Positions 51,400-63,231 of a stretch of 64,000 nt of DNA are shown here, piece after piece (position 1 is the first letter of the stretch; every line of letters begins with the position of its first letter). The stretch lies in NCBI GenBank assembly GCA_030390025.1, contig CM059438.1, positions 67,024,001 through 67,088,000 on the forward strand. The letters are read 5' to 3'. Position numbers and translations under genes: made by a program. Below the pieces are notes generated by a model, which worked only from the letters and a program-made list of their open reading frames with translations, did not search any database and had not been told where the DNA came from. Source of the DNA: Squalus acanthias (Eukaryota).

Positions 51400-54300
51400 T
51401 TTCCATATTTACAGATTAAATTTAACCACTGGTTTTCTGTTTCGAAGAGGATACCTTCTTTCTTGAACAGAACTTTCAGATCTTGTTGTAGGATTCATTC
51501 TAGGCTGAGCCTGTGGAAAATTTTTCTCCAAGGTCTGACCTTAATCTACATTCGGCCTCTTTACACTGTCAGACTGTTTGTCTGCCTGACTCAGGCTCAG
51601 ACTTAAATTTTGACTTTGTCCTGGACTTGTTTCTGGTACGTCTGATGTAGGATTTGCTACTGGTACTCTACTTGTAACAAGACTATCTGACTCATCAGAA
51701 TAAATTGAATCATCCCAGCTTTCAACTCCTTCCACATCTGTAGGTAAGATATGATCAATGTGAACAAACCTAACCTTTCCATGATCAAACATCTTGACCA
51801 AATATGTGCGAGGGCCTCATATCTTCTCTACTCTTCCTGGTAACCACTTTAACCATTTATGGTGATGATTCTTCACTCTAACCTTCTGGTTCAACTTGCA
51901 CACTTCTCTCTCTAACTCTACCTTTATCGTGACTCTCTTTCTGCCTTGATTGTTTCTCTTCTACGGACTGTGTCAAGTTTGGCTTTTAAAGCAAGAACCT
52001 GGTTCGTGGCTGTCATTTGAGAAACAACTCTACTGGTTTTCTACCAGTCTTCTTCTTAGGCAGTCCCTCGGAACCGAGGATGACTTGCTTCCACATTAAA
52101 AATGAGTTCGCAGGTGACTGATGAGTCCAATGCGGGACCTACAGTCTCTGTCACAGGTGGGGCAGACGGTGGTTGAAGGGGCGGGTGGGTGGGGTACTTG
52201 GGTTGATGTGCGCTCCTTGCGCTGCCTGCGCTTGGCTTCCGCTTGCTTCCGGAGAAGAGACTCGAGGTGTTCGGCGCCTTCCCAGATGCTTCTCCTCCAC
52301 TTTGTGCGGTCTTGGGCCAGGGATTCCCAGGTGTCGGTGGGGATGTTACACTTTTTCAAGGAGGCTTTGAGGGTGTCCTTGAAGCATTTCCTCTGCCCAC
52401 CTGGGGCTCTCTTGCCGTGCCGGAGCTCCGAGTAGAGCGCTTGTTTTGGGAGTCTCGTATCGGGCATGCGGGCAAAGTGACCCGTCCATTTCCGTTTCTA
52501 CCAGTAGTGGTATGAGGAGTATTCTGATAGGCAATCAGAAAACTTGCCAGTTTGTGGTCCAACGACAACTGAAGTTTCTTTGGATTTGGATCCAACATTT
52601 GCTTGATGAGGGCACGTTTGACAATTTGTACTGTGCGCTCTGCTGCACCATTTGAAGCAGGGTGGTACGGTGGAACTTTGGTATGTTTCACACCATTTCT
52701 GCTCATGAACTGTGTGAACTCTTCTGAACAAAATTGCAGCCTATTATCAGACACAATTTCTTCTGGGAGGCCGTATGAAGAAAACAATCTTCGCAAATTG
52801 TCTAGTGTTTTGCTTGTTGTTATTATCCGCATTGGAAACACCTCTACCCACTTCGAGTGACTATCTATCACTATGAACAATTGCTGTCCTTCTAGCTCAG
52901 CAAAATCTACATGTAACCTTTGCCACACTCTGGGAGGCCATTTCCATGGCTGTAATGGTACTGATGGTGGTTTCTTGCTCACCGATTGACATGTTGTACA
53001 ATGACTGACTATGTACTCTATCTCTTTATCTAAACCTGGCGACCATAAGTAACTGCATGCAAAGCTCTTGGTCAAGCACATTCCCAGGTGCTGGTCATGA
53101 AGATCTCCCAACAATTTAGACCTGAACCTATTTGGGATAACCAACCTTGTTCCTCACATGATACAATCTTTATCCACTGATAATTCATTCCTACAAATGA
53201 AGTATGGATGGATATCTTCCACTGATACCTGTTTTGGCCATCCATTTGCTATGTAATCATACACCTTTGACATCATTGGGTCACGTTTGGTTGCCCTGCC
53301 AATCTCTTCAGCTGTGACCGGCAGCTCATCAATGTATGAGAAATAGAACACTTCTTCCTTATTGGGTGTAACTTGTGATGGGGATGGCAACCTGGACATA
53401 GCATCAGCATTACTGTGATCAGCTGATCATCTGTACTCAATGTCACACATAAATGACAAAATCAAAGCCCATCTCTGTATTCAGGCTGCAGCTAAGGTTG
53501 GAACTGGGGACTTTGGTTGGAGGATGTCAGGGGCTTATGGTCAGTAACTATGGTAAACTTACGACCAAAGAAGTATTTGTGAAACTTCTTGACCCCAAAA
53601 ATCAATGACAAAGCTTCCCTTTCGATCTGCGCATAATTCCGCTCACTGACACTGAGAGTGCGTGAAGCAAAAGCAATTTGTCTCTCCTCCCCACTATACA
53701 GTACATGACAGATCACTGCCCCAACTCCGTATGGAGAGGCGTCACACGCTAGCTTGATCTCCTTAGATACATCATAGTGAACTAACATGGTACTCTCTAC
53801 TAACTGGCTTTTACACTCTTTGAATGCTGTGTCGCATTCTTTTGACCACTTCCAAGGGACCTCTTTTCTCAACAGCTCACTCAGTGGATGTAACAATGCA
53901 GCCACGTTTGGGAGGAACTTCCCGTAATAATTCAAACGACCCAAAAATGATCGAAGTTCAGAGACATTCTTGGGAGTGGCTGTATTTCTGATTGCATCCA
54001 GCTTTCCCTTGGTTGGATGTAAACCATCTTTGTCTACTCTGTGCCCTAAGCACTCCACTGAGTTTTGAAACAACTCACACTTGTGAGCTGTCACTCGTAC
54101 TCCATGCTTCTCTAGCCATTTGAGCACTTCATTCAACACCTCATCATGGATTTGCTTGTTTGGTGCTGAAATGAGTATGTCATCCAAATAACACACTACC
54201 CCTTCAATCCCTTGCAAAGTTTGGTTCATCACCTCCCAGAATATGGCGGGGGCAGAAGACACTCCAAATGGTAGCCTTTTGAACTGATATAGACCTCGGT

Positions 54301-55050
54301 GAGTATTTATAGTCAAGCATGACTTGGACTCTTCATCTAACTCAAGTTGTAGGTAGGCATTTGTTAGATCTAACCTCGAAAAGATCTGGCCACCTGTCAG
54401 CGTTATGAACAAATCTTCCACATTTGGCAACGTATTGGGTAGATTACACTCTAGAACCTGGTTTACGGTTACCTTATAATCACCACACAACCTTACCTTA
54501 ACATCTGACTTAGTACAACAACCATAGGTATAGCCCAATTACTCAGATCTACCTTAAAGATAATGTTCTCAGTTTCTAGTTGTTTGAGTTCTTGCTTAAC
54601 TTCTTCCTTGAGTGCGTATGGTACGGGACATGGCTTGCAGTAAACTGCTCTTGCGTCCTTCTGCACTCTGTCACTCGCCTTAAAGTCTTCGATCGGACTG
54701 CCCGTTTCTCTGAACACCTTCGGATACTGCTTGCTGACATCATCTTTCGATGCGAATTTCGCTTACACACAAAAAATCTCATTCCAATCCAGTTTCAGTG
54801 ATCCCAACCAATTTCTACCTATCAAGGCAGACTTGTCTCCTGCCACTACTATGAGAGGCAAGCTCTGACACTGATCCTTGTATTTCACTGGTATGGTGAC
54901 ACTTCCCACTACAGGGATTTGCTCTCCTGAGTAGCCTCGCAGCTCTACCTTCGATTTCTCTAGTCGATAATCATGCAACTTGTGGTAATATAGTGATTCC
55001 GGTAGTACAATCATGGATGCACCAGGGTCAAATTCCATGGATATCCTGCC
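51400..55050 (-). pseudogene. pol: Gypsy pol (protease, RT, RNase H, integrase), frameshifted
   Basis: MEFDPGAS, RLCGDYK, RLPFGVSSAP, YLDD, LACDASPYG, TDHKPL, HHCC-type zinc finger, HVDFA, VSDN, NGAAER. Confidence 0.95.
52049..52494 (-). mobile_element. RTE-clade LINE 3' fragment inserted in the Gypsy integrase
   Basis: MPDTRLPKQALYSEL...CPTCDRDCRSRIGLISH; (AAG)n tail; 11-bp TSD TTTCTACCAGT (52038-52048, 52495-52505). Confidence 0.92.
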
Positions 55051-55784
55051 TTGTTATTAAAAAAAATTAGGGCTCATGGGATTGGGGGTAACATATTAGC
55101 ATGGATTAAGGATTGGTTAACGGACAGAAAACAGAGAGTGGGAATAAACGGGTCATTTTCGGGTTGGCAGGCTGTAACTAGTGGGGTACCGCAAGGATCA
55201 GTGCTTGGGCCTCAGCTATTCACAATCTATATCAATGATTTGGATGAGGGGACCAAATGTAATATATCCAAGTTTGCTGATGATATAAAGCTGGGCGGGA
55301 ATGTAAGTTGTGAGGAGGATGCAAGGAGGCTTCAAGGGCATATAGACAGGCTAAGTGAGTGGGCAAGAACGTGGCAAATGGAATATAATGTGGAGAAATG
55401 TGAAGTTATCCACTTTGGTAGGAAAAGTAGAAAAGCAGAGTATTTTTTAAATGGTGAGAGATTGGGAAATGTTGGTGTTCAGAGGGACCTGGGTGTCCCT
55501 GTACACGAATCACTGAAAGTTAACATGCAGGTACAGCAAGCTATTAGTAAAGCAAATGGTATGTTGGCCTTTATTGCAAGAGGATTTGAGTATAAGAGTA
55601 AAGACGGCTTACTGCAATTATATAGGGCCCTGGTGAGACCACACCTGGAGTATTGTGTACAGTTTTGTCTCCTTACCTAAGGAAGGATGTACTTGCCATA
55701 GAGGGAGTGCAATGAAGGTTCACCAGACTGGTTCCTGGGATGGGGGGATTGTCCTATGAAATTGAGTAGACTAGGCCTATATTC

Positions 55785-56983
55785 AACAACAACAACAACT
55801 TGTATTTATATAGCGCCTTTAATGTAGTAAAACGTCCCAAGCCGTGTTACAGGAGTATTTTAAGACAAAAAATTTGACACCGAGCCACATTAAGATAAAT
55901 TAGGGCAGGTGACAAAAAGCTTGGTCAAAGAGGTAGGTTTTAAGGACCGTCTTAAAGGAGGAAAGAGAGATAGTGAGTCAGAGAGGTTTAGGCAGGAATT
56001 CCAGAGCTTAGGGCCTAGGCAACAGAAGGCACAGCCACCGATGGTTGAGCGATTATAATCAGGGATGTTGAAGAGAGCAGAATTAGAGGAGCGCAGATAT
56101 CTCGGGTTGTTGTGGGGCTGAAGCAGATAACAGAAATAGAGAGGGGCGAGGCCATGGAGGGATTTGAAAACAAGGATGAGAATTTTGAAATCGAGGCACT
56201 GCTTAACTGGGAGCCAATGTAGGTCAGTGAGCACAGAGGTGATGGGCGAACGGGACTTGGTGAGAGTTAGGACACGGGCAGCCGAGTTTTGGATGACCTC
56301 AAGTTTACGTAGGGTAGAATGTGGGAGGCCAGCCAGGAGTGCGTTGGAATAGTCAAGTCTAGAGTTAACAAAGGCATGGATGAGGGTTTCAGCAGCGGAT
56401 GAGCTGAGACAAGGGCGGAGACAGGTGATGTTACGGAGGTGGAAATAGGCGGTCGTTATTATGCTGTGGATATGTGGTTGGAAGCTCATTTGAAGGTCAA
56501 ATATGGCACCAGGGTTGCGAACAGTGTGGTTCAGCCTCAGACAGATGTTAGGGAGAGCGATGGAGTCAGTGGCTAGGGAACGGAGTTTGTGGCAGGGACC
56601 GAAAACAATGGCTTTAGTCTTCCCAATATTTAATTGCAAAACATTTCTACTCATCCAGAACTGTATGTCGGACAAGCAGTCTGACAATTTAGAGACCATG
56701 GAGGGGTCAAGAGAAGAAGTAGTGAGGTAGAGCTGGGTGTCGTCAGCGTACATGTGGAAACTGACACTGTGTTTTCGGATGATGTCACCAAGGGGCAACA
56801 TGTAGATGAGAAATTGGAGGGGGAGAAGGATAGATCCTTGGGGGACACCAGAGGTAACGATGCGGGAGCAGGAAGAGAAGCCGTTGCAGGTTATTCTCTG
56901 GCTATGATTAGATAGGTAAGAATGGAACCAGGCGAGTGCAGTCCCACCCAGCTGGACGATGGTGGAGAAGCGTTGGAGAAGGA
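55785..56983 (-). mobile_element. L2 LINE 3' part
   Basis: 303-aa ORF with FHMYADDTQLY, SRLDYSNALL, LHWLPV; (CAA)n tail. Confidence 0.95.
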
Positions 56984-57210
56984 TTTTCTAGAGTTTAGAA
57001 GAATGAGAGGTGATTTCATTGAAACAAGGTAGATGCTGGGAGGATGGTTCCCCTGGTTAGGGAGTCGAGAACCAGGGGTCACCGTCTCAGAATAAGGGGT
57101 CGGCCATTTAGGACTGAGATGAGGAGACATTTCTTCACTCAGAGGGTGGTGAATCTTTGGAATTCTCTACCCCAGAGGGCTGTGGAGGCTCAGTTGTTGA
57201 GTATATTCAA

Positions 57211-57714
57211 AAATGAGAAGTCGCACAACACCAGGTTATAGTCCAACAGATTTATTTAATTTTACAAGCTTTCGGAGCTGTTCGCTCCTTCCTCAGGTAG
57301 GTTAGCAGTGAGAGAATCTCCCAGAATTCACAATTTAAACACAGACAAAATCTATTCAAATCTTTCCCTACATCAAAGACACACTAAGAGCACAGCCAAG
57401 ACAATGAGATGTGTCCCAGGGGGTCCAACGTGTCAAACCACCTGCTGGCTGCATATCCTGTCAATTTGTGTTGGTTCTTGTGTTAGTCTTTTTAAAAAAA
57501 AAAAACACCTGGGAAGACCGGCCATGATGTCAAGTCACGTTCTGTATCGTGACATGAACCCGATATCGCGATTGAGGCCATCCTCATGAGTGCGGAACTT
57601 GGCTATCAGTTTCTGCTCTATGATTTTGCGCTGTTGTGTATCCCGAACGCCGCCTTGGAGAACGCTTACCCGCAGATCCGAGGCTGAATGCCCCTGGCTG
57701 CTGAAGTGTTCCCC
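57211..57714 (-). mobile_element. Second Penelope-like family, 3' fragment with hammerhead (57263-57299)
   Basis: Minus-strand GEHFSSQGHSASDLRVSVLQ...EQKLIAKFRTHEDGLNRD (GIY-YIG C-terminus); TAC-CTGAGGA-AGGAGC-GAACA-GCTCC-GAAAGCTT-GTA; TSD GTATATTCAA. Confidence 0.88.
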
Positions 57715-57892
57715 GTATATTCAAGTATATTCAAGACAGAGATCGATAGATTTTTGAATATTAAGGGAATCAAGGGATATGGGGATAGTACAGGAAAGTG
57801 GAGATGAGGTAGAAGATCAGCCATGATCTTATTGAATGGCGGAGCAGGCTCGAAGGGCCAAATGGCCGACTCCTGCTCCTATTTCTTATGGT

Positions 57893-58659
57893 GGGCCGTA
57901 TTTTGCGACCCGCACAGGTGCGTACGAGGTGTGTACGCGCCCGTAGTGGCCACGCAAGTTCCGGGTTTAGGCATGCAAAGCGCATGCGCTGAAACCTGGC
58001 ACTTGCGATCTGTCAAGAATTCTCTTGACAGATCCTCAGCATCCCCAGGAAAAGTGCCTCTGCGGGTGGAGAGTTGCGCTATTTGCACAACTTCCGCCCG
58101 CTGAATGCCTGTCAAATTCTTATGCCTGGTAAAAGCAGGCGAAAGGCCAGTTTTTACCAGCGTAAGATATTTTAAAAATAGTAAAATAAAATGTTATCAC
58201 TCATTTATAAATTAGAAATACTCTTCAAAAAGGTAAGTTTATTTTTAGCCCTGAGAAACATTTAATTTTTTTCTTCAAAAAATTGCATTTTTGTTTAAAA
58301 TATTTAATTAAATGACATTTTACTTAATTTTAAATATGTCATTAAAAAAATAATTATTTCATGTGTTGGTGTATTTTTTAAGTGATCCCCATTCATACTT
58401 ATGACAGTTCCATAGGTACAGAACTGTCAAAAGTATGAATGGGGATTCCCTTCTTTTATTGGTTGGGCCAGCCCACGTGATCCCAGGAGCGCCTACGAAC
58501 CGAATGCACCCCTGGGATATGGGGGCTCTGCCCTCGTGGACCCAGAGAAGCCCAGGATCGCAAGCCTCCATACCTCCCGGGCCACCAGGTACTTTCGTAG
58601 ACATTTTTCAGGTCGGAGGCATCCGCCCGCGGGAAGCCTCTGATCGCAAATGTTGGCCC
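57893..58659. mobile_element. Harbinger-type MITE with AT-rich core
   Basis: TIRs GGGCCGTATTTTGCGA / TCGCAAATGTTGGCCC; architecture like 13098-13864. Confidence 0.85.
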
Positions 58660-58671
58660 GTTATGTTCTTT

Positions 58672-59280
58672 TGTTTTACTTTTAGCTGGCAGCCGATTCA
58701 CCTCGGTTGTCTGATGACTGGAAATGGCGCGGAACTCTCGGGAGTATCAGTCGGCCATATCCATCGACATAGCTGTCTGACAAGCTAATCAAAAGTCAAG
58801 TTCGGGGTTGTCAACAATTTATTTCTGATACGTTCATTTTTCAACCCACAAACAAAGCGGTCACGCAAAGCTCGGTCCTGAAAGTTTCTGAAATGACAGT
58901 GAATGGATAGCTTTTTTAAAGCTACAATGTACTCAGATACCCTTGTCATTTAATTGATCACGTGCTCCAAAACGATAACTTTCAACAATTTCCAGGGGCT
59001 CAGTGCCGTTCTAACTTGGTTCGGATCTCCTTCAGTGGCGTGTCCTTCGGCTTGGCGGGAACAAGCACATTTTTCGGGGTTTCATACACCTCGCGGCCTG
59101 CTTCAGTCAAAAAAATAGCCCATTTCATTTCTAAAACCGGTTACGGTTTACATTATCGGGGACTTCGACAATACTATTCGCAGTGAAAAACATTTGTAGC
59201 CGCTCCATATACGCTCCGAAAGTCTCTCGGTCAAGATGTAACTCACCCAAGCGCCCTGTTATTCCCATAAACGTGGCCAT
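58672..59280 (-). pseudogene. gag: Gypsy gag, frameshifted; zinc-knuckle region missing
   Basis: Manual translation MATFMGITGRLGE...YMERLQMFFTANSI...LVPAKPKD...LRDRFVCGLKNERIRNKLL. Confidence 0.88.
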
Positions 59281-59433
59281 CAGGACTCTGGCAAAGTCAA
59301 CAGTTCAGCCACGTGTGCTTTAAATTTACCTCGCATTTTTAAGTTTTTTTAAGCAAAACGAAGAACCTCTAACAGTCCCTCTGTTGGTTGGCAGGATTAT
59401 CCTCCAACAAAAGTTTCAGCTAGGGAATCCGCA

Positions 59434-59451
59434 ATCGCATCCTCATCGCCA
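59434..59451 (-). promoter_or_regulatory. Primer binding site, probably tRNA-Ser(GCT)
   Basis: TGGCGATGAGGATGCGAT just inside the 5' LTR; 16/18 match to the recalled tRNA-Ser(GCT) 3'-end complement TGGCGACGAGGATGGGAT. Confidence 0.75.
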
Positions 59452-60069
59452 ATTCTGTGATATCTTGAGACATAGCATATATATATATATACAACAGCAC
59501 AACATGGCTTCTGGTAAGAACTGTACTGCATATGGCTTTATTATTATATACATCAGTAGTCCACCAGGTGGCTCTATTACAATAACCAACGTTCGACCAC
59601 AAAGGACAGTAGCTGAAACTGTGGAGAATTTAGAAATGACTGAATGCTGAAGGAGTGAGTGCTGAAGGATAGATTTATTGTTCCAGTGGTGTCTGGGACC
59701 TCCCCTCCCTCCTCCCACCCCAAAAAAATATTCAACTTTCGACACGTCATTGAGGCATTTTGCAGTATTTTGGAGATTGTTGAAATTTGCCTTTTAAGCT
59801 AAAAATGTTTATTTCCTGATCGGATTACCGATACTTTAAATACGAAAATTGAAGTATTTGCAGTGATTTAAATACAACTTTGAAGGATTTAGTTCCTTTT
59901 TTTATTGTGAATCCAATCCCAGATACTTTAAGGAACTAAAACCTTGTATAACACTCTCCTCTGGTAATCTGAGCAGACAGGGCATTTTACATTCACAGGA
60001 CAGGACTGACTTACTATCCTATCTGTCCCTGTCCAAACCCATCATGGCAGCCCAGGAAGCAATTGTGAG

Positions 60070-60497
60070 TTTGAGGGTGGCCTGAGCGAGAACACTGACG
60101 TTGGTGCGCCTATCCTGCCAATAGATTTGCAGGATCTTGTGGAGGCAGCATTGGTGGTACCTCTCCAGTGCTTTGAGGTGCTTGCTGTACATGGTCCATG
60201 TCTCTGAGGCATACAGGAGGGCGGGTATTACTACTGCTCCGTAGATCATGAGCTTGGTGCCGGGTTTGAGGTCCTGGTCTTCAAACACTCTCTTCCTCAG
60301 GTGACCGAAGGCTGCACTGGCACACTGAAGGCGGTGTTGGACTTCGTCATCGACGTCTGCCCTTGTTGACAGTAGGCTCCCGAGGTATGAAAAGTGGTGC
60401 ACGTTGTCCAAGGCCTTGTCATGGATTTTGATAATCGGGGGGCAGTACTATGTGGCGGGGGCAGGTTGGTAGAGGACCTTTGTCTTACGGATGTTTA
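60070..60497 (-). mobile_element. RTE-clade LINE internal fragment
   Basis: FSYLGSLLS...ASAAFGHLRKRVF...LLYASETWT. Confidence 0.9.
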
Positions 60498-60811
60498 GTA
60501 TAAAAATAAATACATTTTCATTTTGCAGTAGCTTTAGGAAGGATACGGGCGAGTCAGTATGGTCGAAACACTTGCACAGAACTGAGTTCTGATGAAGGAT
60601 CACAGCTGAACATGAGCGTGCTTTTCCTCTTTTAGATACTTGCACTCAAGCACTTTTCATTTTTTTAAATCTTGTAGCGCAAGGCTGGTTATTGTGCTTG
60701 ACAAGTGAATGATTAGCACATTCGCACCACATTCCTCCGTCCTCCATCTTATCGAGACAGTAACCTACTTAAAATAAATAAGGTAACATCTTCTTTAAAA
60801 TTGCAGACATA

Positions 60812-60986
60812 GGGGGGGTGAAACTGGAACATAGGTGGTGATGCAAAACAGGTGGTTCTGCATCAATCGCCCGTTATACACTCCTTCTGACTTTAATAGA
60901 ATTGAGTACCGGGTGTGTCATAAAATGGGTACCAGTGCCATTCCACCTGTTTTATGCCCCCCGTCCAAGTCCAATTCTCGCCCCCA
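60812..60986. mobile_element. Small palindromic MITE; a similar one lies at about 43484-43636
   Basis: GGGGGTGAAACTGGA...AAAACAGGTGG / CCACCTGTTTT...TCCAATTCTCGCCCCC. Confidence 0.6.
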
Positions 60987-61626
60987 CCCCCCCTTAAAGT
61001 ATCATGGAAACACACTAAGCACTCAGCCATTATTACTGCAAACTCTCATTTCTGCTCCTTCTTACACTGTGATGAAGGTTTATTTCCTGCATTGGAAATC
61101 ATTAAACATGTGCAATGAATTTTTTTTTTTAATCTGCATCGCACAGAAGTAATGCAGCAACAGGTATGGAAAGCAGATTTTCTTGCTCCCAGTTGGACTG
61201 CCTTAAGTCTGGTGGTTTCAATTTTCTCTTTATTATTATTAATTATTATAATGCCACCCCTAACATTTCCTTGTGGACACTGACCACTTTCAAAGTCACG
61301 TAACAGAACCAAGCACTCCAACTTCGGTGTAACCAGTCTGCAGCACATATCACACAGCAGCACACTGCACTGCCGTGAAAAGCTAAGTTTGTGACTCGCC
61401 GTATTTCATTTCTAAATGAAGTCATGCGATTAGCACTCTGACTGCACTCTCTATTTTATTTGCAAACCCTGGTAAGTGCAGCGATGAGGGATGTTGAAAT
61501 AAAGCCAGTTAATGCATTCATAGCTAGGAGCACGTGGTTGCAACCAGTCTTGAGGAAAGTGAAATAACAGCAGAAAGCGCTGGAAAAACTCAGCAGGCCA
61601 GGCAACATCCGTGGAGAGAGAAACAG

Positions 61627-61663
61627 AGTTAACGTTTCAGGTCGAAGACCCTTCGTCAGAACT
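61627..61663 (-). ncRNA. Minimal type I hammerhead ribozyme in the inverted pLTR
   Basis: AGTT-CTGACGA-A-GGGTC-TTC-GACCT-GAAAC-GTT-AACT. Confidence 0.85.
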
Positions 61664-61965
61664 GAGAAAAAAGTAGGAAATGAAACAGATGAAGTTGGAG
61701 GCAGGGGGAAGGAATAAAAGAACAAAAAGGGGAGGTCTGTGAGGAGTAGAGACATTAAGAGATGCTCAAGGCGAGACAAGATGGTAATAGGACAGGTTAA
61801 GAAACAAAAGATGGCTCAGAAGTGTGAAGTGTGAAATGCTGGCAGAAGGAAAGACAGCTGCTGTGGGGGAGAGAGAGAGAAAAAAAGGGAAAAGGCACAA
61901 ACCAAAAGTGTGGATAAAATATATATATATATATATTTGGTAAGGACCGACGTTATGATCTGAAA

Positions 61966-62910
61966 TTGTTCGTTGACTTCTCCGTCTCCATCTCTGGGGA
62001 TAGGTTATTGACCAACATTCACTACAAGCCCACTGACTCCCACAGCTACCTGGACTACACTTCCTCCCACCCCGCCTCCTGTAAGGACTTAATTCCCTTC
62101 TCTCAGTTTCTCCGTCTCCGCCACATCTGCTCCGACGATGCCACCTTCCATACCAGTGCTTCCGACATGTCTTCCTTTTTCCTCAACCGAGGATTCCCCT
62201 CTACCGTGGTTGACACGGCCCTCAACTGTGTCCGTTCTATCTCCCGCACTTCTGCCCTCACCCTGTCCCCTCCCTCCCGGAACCACGATAGAGTTCCCCT
62301 TGTCCTCACCTTTCACCCCACCAGCCTCCACATTCAACGGATCATCCTCCGCCATTTCCGCCACCTCCAACGTGATCCCACCACCAAACGTATCTTCCCC
62401 TCACCTCCCCTTTCAGCATTCCGTAGGGACCGCTCCCTCCGAGACACCGTAGTCCACTCCTCTATCACCCCCAGCACCCCTTCCCCCTCGCCCGGCACCT
62501 TCCCGTGCAAGCGCAGGAGATGCAACACCTGCCCTTATACATCCCCCCTTCCCACTCTCCGGGGCCCCAAACACCCCTTCCAGGTGAAACAGCGATTTAC
62601 TTGTACTTCTTGCAATCTAGTATACTGTATTCACTGCTCACGATGTGGTCTCCTCTACATTGGGGAGACCAAACGCAGATTGGGTGACCGCTTTGCGGAA
62701 CACCTCCGTTCAGTCTGTAAGGGTGACCCCGAGCTTCCGGTCGCTTGTCATTTTAATTCACCGCTCCACGCCCACTCAGACCTCACCGTCCTCGGCCTCT
62801 TCATTGTTCCACGGAAGCTCAGCGTAAGCTCGAGGAACAGCACCTCATCTTCCGATTAAGCACTTTACAGCCTTCCGGACTCAATATCGAGATCAACAAT
62901 TTCAGATCAT
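61966..62910 (+). pseudogene. Penelope RT C-terminus plus GIY-YIG endonuclease; frameshift near 62800
   Basis: HYKPTDSHSYLDYTSSHP...IPFSQFLRL; CxxxRCxTC; NLVYCIHC..CGLLYIGETKRRL..RF.EH. Confidence 0.93.
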
Positions 62911-63194
62911 AACCTCGGCCCCTACCGTATATATATATATATATATATTTTTTATCCACACTTTTGGTTTGTGCCTTTTTCCTTCTTTCTCTCTCCCACA
63001 TGGCAGCTGTCTTTCATTCTGCCAGCGCATTTCACACTTCTGAACCATCTTTTGTTTCTTAACCTGTCCTATTACCATCTCGTCTCGCCTTGAGCATCTC
63101 TTAATGTCTCTACTCCTTACAGACCTCCCCTTTTGTTCTTTTATTCCTTCCCCCAGCCTCCAACTTCATCTGTTTCATTTCCTGCTTTTTTCTC

Positions 63195-63231
63195 CGTTCT
63201 GACGAAGGGTTATCTACCTGAAACGTTAACT
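63195..63231 (+). ncRNA. Minimal type I hammerhead ribozyme in the 3' pLTR
   Basis: CGTT-CTGACGA-AGGGT-TATCT-ACCT-GAAAC-GTT-AACT. Confidence 0.78.

Larger units (their letters stand above)
55051..58670 (+). mobile_element. CR1 LINE inserted between Gypsy gag and protease, itself interrupted three times
   Basis: ORF 55051-55680 GVPQGSVLGP, KFADD; resumes at 56984 and 57725; tail TTATGTTCTT after the MITE. Confidence 0.92.
51125..59581 (-). mobile_element. Full-length decayed Gypsy (Mag/K02A2.6-like) LTR retrotransposon with nested insertions
   Basis: LTRs 51125-51237 and 59456-59581 (TGT..ACA); TSD ATAAC; PPT 51238-51250; PBS 59434-59451; domain order gag, PR, RT, RH, IN. Confidence 0.97.

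Noticed and set aside
52356..53144. 262-aa integrase ORF with a novel C-terminus
   Set aside because: The tail is read-through into the inserted RTE fragment
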